DNA of 64,000 bases from Cyanobacteria bacterium P01_D01_bin.156 (lineage in GTDB: Bacteria; Cyanobacteriota; Cyanobacteriia; Phormidesmidales; Phormidesmidaceae), in NCBI GenBank assembly GCA_039024555.1, contig JBCCQQ010000006.1, positions 32,001 to 96,000 on the forward strand. Direction: 5' to 3'. Shown here one piece after another: positions 30,355-40,373 of this stretch; positions within the stretch are counted from its first letter, which is position 1; the number at the start of each line of letters is the position of its first letter. The notes below the pieces were generated by a model. That model was given only the letters and a program-made list of their open reading frames with translations, searched no databases and was not told where the DNA came from. The position numbers were made by a program, and so were the translations under genes.

Positions 30355-30441
30355 TTCACAACAAACCGTTTGCCTTGGATACAAAGCTAGGTGAAATACG
30401 CGGCCACATATGGTCGATAGCCCTGTTTTGAGAGGTTCGAC

Positions 30442-31083
30442 TCAAAGCGTTAACAAGCCATCGCCTGCCTGATGCACCTCATCCCATCTCGGCGAGCGGT
30501 AGTCATGATTCAAACTGCGATCAACATACCCGACAAGGCGCGGTAGGGATTCATCGCGGATTTCCTTCTGCAAAAATAGCCGAAGTTTCGTTTCCAAATC
30601 TTGGGGATAGTCGCGAACGATCGGATGCTTAACCACGATGGGCTGAGTTTCTCCTTGGGCCAAGTCAATTACAACATCCAAACTGAGTACTGCCAGAGAA
30701 CGAACAAAAATACCGGTTGCAGCAATCGTAAACTCACCATCCACCTGCTTTTGCTTGAGCACAGCCACAAAATGTCCGCCCTGGGGAACATCGTAAATCA
30801 GGCTACTGGGATCTTTTACAGGTTCAACCTCAATGTTGTATCCCTGGTTAAGTCCATCATTGAGGGTAATGTCTTCGTAATCTTGATTGGGATGGGGAAT
30901 ATAAATAGTAAATTGATGAATATCCAGCCAGGGATTATGAACTGGGTCATCACTATCTTGTTTCCAGGCATTGTACTGATGCCGCATCTCTTGTCCGAAA
31001 TGGCTTGCCGTATTACAGAGATGAATCAAGGCCATATTCAAAACGCACTGGTCAAACTTGCTGAGCAACCCAACAATCTGCAT
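30442..31083 (-). CDS. Hypothetical protein
   Basis: 213-aa ORF with ATG start and upstream GAGGA; no recognised motif. Confidence 0.65.
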   Translation of the reverse strand: MQIVGLLSKFDQCVLNMALIHLCNTASHFGQEMRHQYNAWKQDSDDPVHNPWLDIHQFTIYIPHPNQDYEDITLNDGLNQGYNIEVEPVKDPSSLIYDVPQGGHFVAVLKQKQVDGEFTIAATGIFVRSLAVLSLDVVIDLAQGETQPIVVKHPIVRDYPQDLETKLRLFLQKEIRDESLPRLVGYVDRSLNHDYRSPRWDEVHQAGDGLLTL

Positions 31084-31713
31084 GGCTGAATCCTCGTGAG
31101 GATAATCTCTAACCTAGTTATTAGGAAAGATAACAAACAAATATTCTGTATGAATAACTGCAAAATAGCTCCTGTTCAAATTCTCTTAATATCGTTTTGC
31201 TGGGCAAAATTGAGTCAATAAGCCCATAAATAAAAACACGTTTTTTGATTGTTCTTAAAAAGTTTTCAAGATGGACGGCATTATCTCGATATCTTGTATG
31301 TATAGCAACAAAATACTGACCAAAATGGTTCACTATGGACCTTAAAAGGACTGGCTCGGCTGGTGTTTAGATGTTGTGGATTCTTGTTTTACGACCTGTA
31401 CCCTAAGATAGTGATGGATATTTTCACGAGCACTCTGAAGTGAGAGTTCAACGTCAACCAAACATTCTATCCAATGCATTAACTTGTAAATCTTTCTTTC
31501 TTGGACAGGGGGGTCATGTAGCTAAAACCTATTTCGCAGGAAGCGATCGCAGATTCTGATGATGCGCTCACAATTGCGGTCATCACTAACGTTACCAGTC
31601 ACTGTATTTTGGCGATGACACTTGGACAATCGCCTGATCTCAGCTTGCGCCTATTGGACCAGAAAATGCTAGCTAGCATTAAACAGTGATGTATTACAAG
31701 TAAACGAGGCATA

Positions 31714-31899
31714 ATGAACAACTCCATGGAACCCATTACCCTTAACTCGACAGATGAAAACGCAGTGGAAGATTTGGTAATGTCTCTCATTCAGACTGAA
31801 TCCACTGATTACACTATCTTAAATGAGCACCAAGAGGACATTACCCACGAGATTAAGAAGCTCGTATCACTCATGACTAGAATGCTCAAAGGCCGATAG
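31714..31899 (+). CDS. Small hypothetical protein
   Basis: 61-aa ORF with GAGG upstream, protein-like composition and a downstream hairpin. Confidence 0.45.
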   Translation: MNNSMEPITLNSTDENAVEDLVMSLIQTESTDYTILNEHQEDITHEIKKLVSLMTRMLKGR

Positions 31900-31973
31900 T
31901 TTATACTCTCTTACATAATCCACCCACCAGAGGGTGTGGAGCTTTGTCATGTTTAGAGAAAATAGGCGCAGGG

Positions 31974-32534
31974 CTATAGTGAAGAATCGGATTGAAAGCT
32001 AAGGATCAAATAACGTAACAGGCCAATCTGAGTGATTTTTTCAACGGCTGCAACATCTTTCGCGGCTTTTGAGAAACCTGCCTGATCAAAGACATGACCT
32101 ACTACCGGATAGGTAGGCAGTGTTTGGCAGGTAATATCTTCGTGAGATGCCATTTTGAATCCTGTTTTCTGAGCCAGGGTTCGATAATCTGATAACGTTA
32201 CACAACTGTCTGCTTGGCCAGAGGTGACTGATATCATCTGGGTTGTGAACTTAGTAATAAACTGTTGTAATGCCTTAAAAATAGGCGTTGACACAAAATC
32301 ACAAATGCCTAGGTAGCCACCTGGTCGTAATACTCGCTGAACCTCTTGAAAGAAGCGTTCTCGGCTGGGAAAATGAAAAATGCACTCTACCACGGTCCCA
32401 TTAGCCTCATCGGGATTAGCCCAATATCCCTAGTGCACATGATGACCAAAAACCTTCTGTATGCCGAGTTTACCTGAACTTAGCTGCTCTAGCAGACTAT
32501 CAAAGTAAGGCATTGGAATATGGGCAGAGCGCAT
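31974..32534 (-). pseudogene. Class I SAM-dependent methyltransferase pseudogene
   Basis: Reads M...FGHHVH*GYWANP (TAG at 32430-32432) and joins in frame to VECIFHFPSR...RVLRPGG; the SAM-binding GxG motif region is missing. Confidence 0.75.
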
Positions 32535-32599
32535 GATTGTTATCCAAATGAGGGGCTAGACTCAGAAAATCAAAATCGCTAACAGAAGAAATGGTGCGG

Positions 32600-33175
32600 T
32601 TATATGGCTTGTCTCATCTCATAATATACTCGTGCTAGGTCATCAACCTGATAATGAGCGTTAAGACCACTGGGGTTAGGCAGAACCCAAAGGATAGCGT
32701 CATATATTCCATGGGGCTGTCGGCCAATTGTTGCCTTGGGCTGATTAAATGCCGTGCGATAGGCGGTGATACCCAGGATAGCTAAAGCCTTAGGCCGATA
32801 GTGCTTGATTTTTTGCTCAAGGGTGTGCCGTCCTGCCAATAACTCTTCTTTGGGAAGTTCGTCAGCCCTAGCTGTAGCACGGTCACCAATGTTTGTCATA
32901 CCCAATCCAAATGACAGTATTTCTCGATCCTCGGATGGATGCAATACTCGAGGAGTGAACCCTGCAGCATGCAGTGTCTTCCAGAGGCGATTGCCTGGAC
33001 GGGCAAAGTGATATCCTACTGCAGCACTATAAATGCTGGGATTAATTCCACAAAAGAGCACATTTAGATTTGGAGCAATAATATCGGGAACGGTCTTACC
33101 GTAAGCGGCTTGAATTTCGGCTTTTGTGGGTTTTGGAAAAGAGGGCATGGAAATAATGGGGAGTCGAACTGCCAA
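32600..33175 (-). CDS. mug: G/U mismatch-specific DNA glycosylase
   Basis: LFCGINP, HFARPGNR and LPNPSGLN motifs; true start probably the ATG near 33148. Confidence 0.9.
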   Translation of the reverse strand: MAVRLPIISMPSFPKPTKAEIQAAYGKTVPDIIAPNLNVLFCGINPSIYSAAVGYHFARPGNRLWKTLHAAGFTPRVLHPSEDREILSFGLGMTNIGDRATARADELPKEELLAGRHTLEQKIKHYRPKALAILGITAYRTAFNQPKATIGRQPHGIYDAILWVLPNPSGLNAHYQVDDLARVYYEMRQAI

Positions 33176-33242
33176 TTCTACTTCACAGTATCTATCCGAT
33201 TGTTTGAACTGAACTGTAATGAATACTCAGTCGAAATATTGC

Positions 33243-33329
33243 CATTGCTGATTTAGAGGATGAAACAATCTGTACACCTAGTCAGAGTGCTGGATTTGGC
33301 AGATAAAATCATCCCGAGGATCAGCAATG
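33243..33329 (+). mobile_element. ~87-bp dispersed element, copy 4
   Basis: CATTGCTGAT...AAAATCATCCCGAGGATCAGCAATG; compensated terminal inverted repeat. Confidence 0.8.
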
Positions 33330-33469
33330 CCGAAATAATTAGTCTAACTGGCACCACTCAGGCTCCAATGGACTATGGGACGTCCTAAGAATTTTGCAGC
33401 GATGCCTCTGGAAAATCCAGACAAAGATAGAGTACGCTGAGTCGGAATCTTGGCAAGAGGCCCCCGTTA

Positions 33470-34186
33470 ATGGAGCAGACTATCCCAAAACTAAATACGT
33501 CTGCGATTGGCTCCAGGATCGGGTTGCTCAATGAAAAACCGCTCCATGCATCGCTAAAACAATGGTATTCCCAACCAGGGGATCGGTTTGAAGTGCCGAT
33601 GGATGGTTTTGTAATCGATATTGTTCGCGAGCAGCACCTGTTGGAAATTCAGACAGGAAATTTTTCTGCCATCAAGTCAAAGTTGATAAAACTGGTGAAT
33701 TCTCACTCCGTCCGTGTTATCTACCCCATTGCCCAAGAGAAGTGGATTGTTAAACTGTCACAGGATGTCGGTAAAGCTAACACTCGTCGAAAATCTCCTA
33801 AAAAAGGTCGGGTGGAAGATATCTTTTGGGAAATGGTCAGTCTGCCTCAGCTTGTTTCAAACCCTAACTTTTCCCTGGAAGTGTTGATGATCCAGGAAGA
33901 AGAAGTCAGACAGTTTAAGCCAAAGCGACGATGGCGCAGAAACGGATGGTGTACCGAAGAACGACGCTTGCTAAATGTGGTAAACCGACACTTATTTCAG
34001 ACCCCGGCAGACTGGCTAGCGTTTCTGCCTACTGGGATGGAGACATTTACAACAAAAGATATCGCAGATGCCATCCGCATTAGGAGAGAACTGGCTCAGA
34101 AAATAGCCTACACCCTTCGAACAGCAGGGTTAATTGAACTTATTGGCAAACAAGGGCGAGGTAACCTATACGGAGTTGCGACGTAG
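33470..34186 (+). CDS. Hypothetical protein with PD-(D/E)XK-like N-terminus and winged-helix-like C-terminus
   Basis: E..LH..LK and FVIDIV...LLEIQT motifs; C-terminal FTTKDIA...AQKIAYTL...GKQGRGNLY. Confidence 0.6.
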   Translation: MEQTIPKLNTSAIGSRIGLLNEKPLHASLKQWYSQPGDRFEVPMDGFVIDIVREQHLLEIQTGNFSAIKSKLIKLVNSHSVRVIYPIAQEKWIVKLSQDVGKANTRRKSPKKGRVEDIFWEMVSLPQLVSNPNFSLEVLMIQEEEVRQFKPKRRWRRNGWCTEERRLLNVVNRHLFQTPADWLAFLPTGMETFTTKDIADAIRIRRELAQKIAYTLRTAGLIELIGKQGRGNLYGVAT

Positions 34187-34373
34187 TCATAACCATTCCA
34201 TAACGTTCGCCATGTGTTAGTGTAGTAGCTCGCAACTGACTCCCGGTCTATCGTTGCTGCTTTGGAGCTTGCTCACTCAAGTTATTCAACGCAAATCATA
34301 AAATTATTGCTCTTAAGACTGGTCCCAGCATTGTATTTGGGGTAGGGGCACATTTCGGAACCACCAAATCCCC

Positions 34374-35639
34374 ATGAAATTTGAAACTCTAGGTCTTGCA
34401 GCCCCGATTTTACGGGCTGTGACCGAGGAAGGTTACACAGCTGCCACGCCAATTCAGCAGCAGGCCATTCCTCCCATTTTGCAAGGAAATGATGTTTTGG
34501 CCAGTGCCCAGACGGGTACAGGTAAAACAGCAGGGTTTACCCTCCCGTTGCTAAATCACCTCAGCAACGGTCCTACTAAAACGTCGCAGGCCCCGCGAGC
34601 TCTGATCCTGACACCCACCCGTGAACTGGCTGCTCAGGTAAACAGTAGCGTCAGCACCTATGGCAAATATTTACCGATTCAATCAGTGGTGGTGTTTGGT
34701 GGCGTCAGTATTGGCCGCCAAATTAAAGCACTGAAGCAGGGGTGTGACATTGTGGTGGCAACGCCGGGACGGTTGTTGGACCACGTTAACCAAAAGACGA
34801 TTGATCTGTCTCAGATTGAGATACTAGTGCTGGATGAATGCGATCGCATGTTAGACATGGGATTCATCCACGACATTCGTAAGGTGTTGGCCCGGCTGCC
34901 AGAATCACGTCAAACCCTGATGTTTTCTGCCACCTTCTCCACCGGTATCCGCAAGCTGGCCCGGACGCTGCTGTACAACCCAGTGCAGGTTGAAGTAGCT
35001 CCCCGCAATACAGCAGCAGAACAAGTTGAACAGTTTGTGTATCGCGTTGATCGCGCCCGTAAGCGAGAGCTTTTGTCCTATCTCATTGGCTTTAACAACT
35101 GGCGACAGGTACTGGTCTTTACTCGCACCAAACATGGTGCCAATCGTCTGGCCGACCAGTTAGCCAAAGACGGTTTGAAGACCGCTGCAATTCACGGCAA
35201 CAAAAGTCAGGCTGCCCGTACCCGAGCCCTACGAGACTTTAAGCAGGGCAAGGTACGGGTACTGGTGGCTACAGATGTTGCCTCACGAGGGTTAGATATT
35301 GATCAACTGCCCTATGTGGTTAATTTTGAACTACCCAATGTGCCAGAAGACTACGTACACCGCATTGGCCGCACTGGCCGAGCGGGCAACGAAGGTCAGG
35401 CCATGTCCCTAGTCTCCAACGATGAACAATCCCTATTAAAAGGGATCGAAAAGTTACTTAAGCGTAAATTCTCCCAGGCGGTTGTTCCGGGGTATGAACC
35501 CACAGCTGGTGCTAAGTCCGAAGAAGAGAAGCCCAAACGCCAACGTCCTAGTAAGCCACGTCGTAACTCCTCCCCCCCTCGCCCTGCCAGCAAAAAGTCA
35601 TCTAATAACAGCCGTCGTAAACAGCTACGTAGGGCGTAG
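34374..35639 (+). CDS. rhlE: DEAD-box RNA helicase (RhlE/CrhC-like)
   Basis: Q motif, [33 protein letters not shown] and a basic tail. Confidence 0.9.
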   Translation: MKFETLGLAAPILRAVTEEGYTAATPIQQQAIPPILQGNDVLASAQTGTGKTAGFTLPLLNHLSNGPTKTSQAPRALILTPTRELAAQVNSSVSTYGKYLPIQSVVVFGGVSIGRQIKALKQGCDIVVATPGRLLDHVNQKTIDLSQIEILVLDECDRMLDMGFIHDIRKVLARLPESRQTLMFSATFSTGIRKLARTLLYNPVQVEVAPRNTAAEQVEQFVYRVDRARKRELLSYLIGFNNWRQVLVFTRTKHGANRLADQLAKDGLKTAAIHGNKSQAARTRALRDFKQGKVRVLVATDVASRGLDIDQLPYVVNFELPNVPEDYVHRIGRTGRAGNEGQAMSLVSNDEQSLLKGIEKLLKRKFSQAVVPGYEPTAGAKSEEEKPKRQRPSKPRRNSSPPRPASKKSSNNSRRKQLRRA

Positions 35640-35679
35640 TGGCCAAACCCCACTGTCATGACATAGAAGGATTATCCCT

Positions 35680-36036
35680 ATGACCTACGATGAATTCAAC
35701 CGTTTTTGTCGTTCGTTGCCAGCCACATCCTACGTTATGCAGTGGGGTGGGTCCCATGTGTGGAAGGTGGGCGGCAAAGTGTTTGCCATCGGAGGTCTGG
35801 GAAAAAATGATCGGCCAGCCTTCACCTTTAAGGTCTCAGAGCTGAATTTTGAACTTTTACGAGAAGAGCCGGGGTTTAGACCGGCTCCGTATATGGCATC
35901 CCGTGGACTCAAATGGATACAGCAATATGCAGCCCTTGAAGACGAGCAGCTGAAGCACTACCTAGAAGAATCACACCGCATTGTTTCCCTGGGGCTAACC
36001 AAAAAGAAGCAAAAAGAGCTGGGGCTGAACCAGTAG
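35680..36036 (+). CDS. MmcQ/YjbR family protein
   Basis: W...VWKVGGKVFA and PAPY...KW motifs. Confidence 0.85.
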   Translation: MTYDEFNRFCRSLPATSYVMQWGGSHVWKVGGKVFAIGGLGKNDRPAFTFKVSELNFELLREEPGFRPAPYMASRGLKWIQQYAALEDEQLKHYLEESHRIVSLGLTKKKQKELGLNQ

Positions 36037-36159
36037 TCGTTAGCCTGGATATCAGTCACACGCACGCTCCTGTTAAACGCTAAATTTTCCATTTATCTAG
36101 GAATATACGTACCCATACTGTATAAAGTCCTGTAGTTGGCTTTTTTGGGTTCCTGGCCG

Positions 36160-36738
36160 ATGGCTTCGAAAGGTTCTAATTGGGAAAATGAAACAGATGA
36201 AGCCCTGGTTTTATCTCTGAGGCAGGGCAATAAGGCCGCCTTAGCCATTTTGTACGATCGCTACTCGCGGTTGGTCTACAGCATTGCCTTTCGCATCCTC
36301 AACAGTGGCCCCGAAACTGAAGATCTCACCCAAGAAATTTTTCTGAATCTCTGGCAAAAACAAACCTATGACCCCACCCGCAGTTCCCTAAGCCGATTTT
36401 TAAGCACCGTTACCCGCAATCGTGCCATCGATCGGGTACGCTCCCAAACCAACCGACGGCGAATTCTAAAAGGTATAACGCCGCAGATGCCACCTGTGGA
36501 AACATTCTCCCTGCCCGAAGCGCAAGCCTCCCTGGGAGAACGCTCTGAGCGGGTGCGAGAGGCATTAGTAACGTTACCTGAAAAGCAACGAGAGCTGCTG
36601 TGGCTGGCCTACTATCATGGATTTAGTCAATCCGAAATCGCTAGCCACACGAATATTCCTTTAGGGACTGTCAAATCGCGTATGCGCCAGGGCTTGCTCA
36701 AGCTTAAAGGAACACTTAAAGATTTGGCTGATGCTTAA
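36160..36738 (+). CDS. ECF sigma factor (SigK-like)
   Basis: LYDRY, EDLTQEIF, RNRAID and EIA...IPLGTVKSRMR motifs. Confidence 0.92.
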   Translation: MASKGSNWENETDEALVLSLRQGNKAALAILYDRYSRLVYSIAFRILNSGPETEDLTQEIFLNLWQKQTYDPTRSSLSRFLSTVTRNRAIDRVRSQTNRRRILKGITPQMPPVETFSLPEAQASLGERSERVREALVTLPEKQRELLWLAYYHGFSQSEIASHTNIPLGTVKSRMRQGLLKLKGTLKDLADA

Positions 36739-36791
36739 ATGATCGTTGCCGAGCTGCAACGGCATTAAATTTAGGTCTGTGATTTTTTCGC

Positions 36792-36880
36792 TGTTGCTGA
36801 TTTATGGGATAGACCGATCTGATGATTCTCAACTGTGCCAGACTCTTTCAGAAAAAATCATCCCGAGGATCAGCAACGCC
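36792..36880 (+). mobile_element. ~87-bp dispersed element, copy 5, between the sigma and anti-sigma genes
   Basis: TGTTGCTGATTTATGGGATAGACCGATCTGATGAT...AAAATCATCCCGAGGATCAGCAACGCC. Confidence 0.8.
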
Positions 36881-36922
36881 ATTTTTTCTATGCCCTGATG
36901 ATTGACTACCTACTTCTGTCCT

Positions 36923-37663
36923 ATGGCTTCTGAACGAAAATTAGATGAATTAGCCGCTGACTACGTTATTGGCAATCTCTCAGCTGAAGAGGCTGATGAA
37001 TTTGCCCGGTTAATGGTCGAAAATCCTGAGCTGAGGTCAGAGGTGGAAGGTTTGGAAAAAACCGTTGGTTTAATGCTCGACGAGCTACCCATGCTGGAAC
37101 CCCCAAGCCACCTACGGGCAAGTGTTTTAGCAGGGCTTGAAGGGCCACCCGTGGTGCAACCTAGGCGCTCGCGGACCTGGGTGTTGGCGGCTGTGGCCGC
37201 TGGGGCAACGGTCCTATCGCTAGCTCTGGGCCTAAATAACTATCGGTTACGATTGGCCAACCAGCAGCTACAGAATGAACTGTTTGCGGCGGTGCCAGCT
37301 CAGCAAGCCAAGCTGATTTTGCAACAGCCTTCTACTCGCTTTTATGATTTTGCGGGTACTGATGAGGCCCAGGATGCATCCGGCAATATGATTGTGGATA
37401 CGGAGCGGTTAGAGGCTGCGATCGCATTTAAAGACCTTGCCCCCCTATCCACCGATCAAACCTATGCCCTTTGGGTCCGTCACCAGGGTAAGTATGTTCC
37501 CTGTGGCGATTTTCAAACCAGCCAGGATGGTACAGTCTTTGCCACTTTAGATATGCCAGCTGTATATCAATCCAGACCCTGGGTACAAGACGTAATCGTC
37601 ACGGTTGAGTCCACGGATTTACCCACCCAGCCCACCGGTCCAATTGTGGCTCAAACCACCTAG
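36923..37663 (+). CDS. Anti-sigma factor (RskA-like)
   Basis: N-terminal anti-sigma domain (YVIGNLS...PP..LR), one TM helix, C-terminal YALW...G.F...VTVE...PTGP. Confidence 0.88.
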   Translation: MASERKLDELAADYVIGNLSAEEADEFARLMVENPELRSEVEGLEKTVGLMLDELPMLEPPSHLRASVLAGLEGPPVVQPRRSRTWVLAAVAAGATVLSLALGLNNYRLRLANQQLQNELFAAVPAQQAKLILQQPSTRFYDFAGTDEAQDASGNMIVDTERLEAAIAFKDLAPLSTDQTYALWVRHQGKYVPCGDFQTSQDGTVFATLDMPAVYQSRPWVQDVIVTVESTDLPTQPTGPIVAQTT

Positions 37664-37696
37664 GTTAAAAGGTTTCAAAAAAGTTCAAAAAAAGTT

Positions 37697-37722
37697 CATC
37701 CAATCCACAACGTCACTCGTAT
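37697..37722 (+). promoter_or_regulatory. Putative ECF sigma promoter 1
   Basis: CATCC-N16-CGTA. Confidence 0.65.
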
Positions 37723-37862
37723 TGATAGTCAAACAGATAAATAGTTGTTGATGCGGAGCTAAATCAGCTGCTGCTGTTGCACCGGGTGTAATGACCAGCA
37801 GGGTGATTAGTGTGATTATTAAAGGAACTAAACTCTCTTTAGAAAAACCTCAAAAATAATCA

Positions 37863-37888
37863 CATCCAACATCAACCATTATTCGTAT
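37863..37888 (+). promoter_or_regulatory. Putative ECF sigma promoter 2
   Basis: CATCC-N16-CGTA, same spacing and flanks (CATCCAA...TCGTAT) as promoter 1. Confidence 0.65.
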
Positions 37889-38225
37889 CTATAACTGAAT
37901 GTTGATTCTGTTCTTCTTAATCCTGTAATAGAACAGCATTCGTTGATCAAATAGGTAGTTCCAATTAGTGCTCAAATGTCAAAGCCTTGTTTCTTAAATT
38001 CTAGAAGAGACTAAATTCAAAGCTTCTAGAATGTAGGATTTTGGAACAAACTCTAAGACGCTAAATGACTTGTTTATATCTGCAAAAGATTGAATAGGTC
38101 TCTACCTAACTCTTTTCTCGTTAAAAATTTGCAAATACCTTGGTGCATCCACCAGGGGCCTTTGAGTGTGCCAAATTTTCTCGAGAATACTCATCTTTGT
38201 CTATCTATAACTATAGGGAACCCCA

Positions 38226-40205
38226 ATGAACACTTTTCTAGCGCTTCTAGTCAATCAGATTGTTGGCACTTTGTTTCAAGATGCACCTGAAATTGAAGAC
38301 CTTGGTGATATCTTCATTGGTGGCAATGGAGATGATAATCTCATAGGAGGCGATCAGGATGATATCTTCCTTAGTCAAGATGGTGATGACACCATTCTAG
38401 GCGGTGCCGGAACCGATATTGTTTTTGCTGACAAAGGTAAGGATACCGTTGTTGGACAAACCGGGAATGACGTCGCTTTTTTGGGAGCAGGCAATGACCG
38501 CTTTATTTGGAATAACGGTGATGGTAGCGACTTCATCAATGGCGGCTCAGGCTACGATACAACCCAAGTAAACGGTGCTGACGGTCCTGGCGATCAGTTT
38601 GACCTCAGGGCAGAGAACGGACGGGCGCTCTTTAATCGCCTCAATTTGGGCCTGTTTACTCTGACTAACGAGAGTATCGAGAAATTTGAGATTAATGGCC
38701 AGGGAGGCGATGACTCGTTAACGGTTGGAGATTTAACCGATAGCGATGTCAAAAAAGTGGTCTTTTCTGGGGGAGATGGCAATGACACTCTAGATGCCCG
38801 TGAAAGCTCCACAAAAATTAAGGCTAAAGGGGGTAAAGGAGATGACCTACTACTGGGTGGCTCCGCTGAAGATATCTTTCTTGCCGGTTCTGGTAACGAT
38901 ATTGTCGTCGGTCAGCGAGGAAATGATAGGGCTAACCTAGGCAGAGGCAATGACCGTTTTATTTGGAACAACGGTGACGGCAGTGACGTTATCAATGGTG
39001 CAGCAGGCTACGATACAACTCAGGTAAATGGTGCCGATGCCGCTGGAGATGAGTTTGAGCTTAGCCAAGAAAATGGTCGAGCAATTTTCAATCGTCTGAA
39101 CCTGGGGCTGTTTACGCTGACTAACAAAAGTATTGAACAGTTTGAGATTAACGGCCAGGGTGGCGATGATTCTTTAGCAGTAGGCGACCTGACCGACAGT
39201 GGCGTGCAAAAAGTCATCTTCTCAGGTGGCGAAGGTAATGATACGTTAGATGCCCGAGAAAGCACCACGACGATTGAAGTCTTTGGTGGTGATGGCGATG
39301 ACCTACTACTGGGGGGCTCAGCTGAAGATACCTTTTTTGCTGGAGCTGGTAATGATATTGTTGTGGGCCAGCGCGGTAACGATACCGCAGACTTAGGGGA
39401 TGGTGACGACCGCTTTATCTGGAATAACGGTGACGGCAGCGACTTTATCAATGGTGCAGATGGGTTTGATGTGACCCAGGTGAATGGTGCCGATGGTCCT
39501 GGCGATGAGTTTGACCTAAGCCAGGTGGATGGTCAGGCTATTTTTAATCGTCTCAATCTAGGATTGTTTACCCTTACTAACGAGGGTATTGAACAGTTTG
39601 AGATCAATGGCCAGGGTGGGAATGATTCGCTTACCATCAACGATCTGACCGGTAGTGACGTCCAGTCCGTACTCTTCTCCGGCGGCGATGGCAATGATTT
39701 CTTAAATGCTAGCGGTACATTTACTCCAGTTACTGCTGATGGTGGCGATGGCAATGATATTCTCATCGGTGGTGCCGGTGACGATATTCTGATTGGTGGT
39801 AATGGGTCCGACTTACTCATTGGGGGTGCCGGTAACAACATTCTGATCGGTGGCAATGGGGCTGATTTCTTTGGCTTTGATACCGGTGCTGTCTTTGATG
39901 CCGATGATATTGGCACGAATCAGATCCAAAACTATGAAGCTATCGACACCATTGTGCTGGATCTTACTGTCTTTGCTCAGTTAACCAGTGCCGTGGGGGG
40001 TGCCCTATCTGCCAGTGAGTTTGCAGTGGTCAATAGCGCCGAAGAAGCGGCTCTCAGTGATGCTCTAATTATCTACGGTGCCGATACCGGAAACCTCTAC
40101 TACAACGCCAATGGTGGTGAAGAGGGCTTTGGTAACGGTGCTCACTTTGCCACCATTGAAGGTGCACCCACCTTGGATGCCAATAGCTTTGTTATTCAGG
40201 CGTAG
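38226..40205 (+). CDS. RTX-type calcium-binding secreted protein with ~152-aa internal repeats
   Basis: Many GGxGxD nonapeptides; DRFIWNNGDGSD recurs at 38496, 38952 and 39408 (456-bp period); cyanobacterial RTX C-terminus (G.LYYN.NG...GFG.G..FA). Confidence 0.9.
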   Translation: MNTFLALLVNQIVGTLFQDAPEIEDLGDIFIGGNGDDNLIGGDQDDIFLSQDGDDTILGGAGTDIVFADKGKDTVVGQTGNDVAFLGAGNDRFIWNNGDGSDFINGGSGYDTTQVNGADGPGDQFDLRAENGRALFNRLNLGLFTLTNESIEKFEINGQGGDDSLTVGDLTDSDVKKVVFSGGDGNDTLDARESSTKIKAKGGKGDDLLLGGSAEDIFLAGSGNDIVVGQRGNDRANLGRGNDRFIWNNGDGSDVINGAAGYDTTQVNGADAAGDEFELSQENGRAIFNRLNLGLFTLTNKSIEQFEINGQGGDDSLAVGDLTDSGVQKVIFSGGEGNDTLDARESTTTIEVFGGDGDDLLLGGSAEDTFFAGAGNDIVVGQRGNDTADLGDGDDRFIWNNGDGSDFINGADGFDVTQVNGADGPGDEFDLSQVDGQAIFNRLNLGLFTLTNEGIEQFEINGQGGNDSLTINDLTGSDVQSVLFSGGDGNDFLNASGTFTPVTADGGDGNDILIGGAGDDILIGGNGSDLLIGGAGNNILIGGNGADFFGFDTGAVFDADDIGTNQIQNYEAIDTIVLDLTVFAQLTSAVGGALSASEFAVVNSAEEAALSDALIIYGADTGNLYYNANGGEEGFGNGAHFATIEGAPTLDANSFVIQA

Positions 40206-40373
40206 TTGTTGCTGATTATCCAGTTAAACAGCAAACCCCAAGCAGGTCAATGCGCTTAAGGCATCATTCTGTTTGGGGCTTGCCGTTGTGTAAGAATTTC
40301 ATCGGATTTTTTAAGGTGAATTTTCACCTGGCAGAATTTAATCTTGCTATCCTAGGGGTGACTTCAGGCATTA

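Noticed and set aside
30601..31089. 162-aa plus-strand ORF
   Set aside because: Antisense to the 213-aa ORF, which has an ATG start and a ribosome-binding site.
38400..39760. Regularly spaced repeats as a possible CRISPR array
   Set aside because: The period is 456 bp, in frame within a coding gene and with synonymous divergence; there are no unique spacers or cas genes.
40207..40236. Possible eighth copy of the dispersed element
   Set aside because: Only GTTGCTGATT...CAGCAA matches over ~30 bp; more simply a hairpin after the RTX stop.
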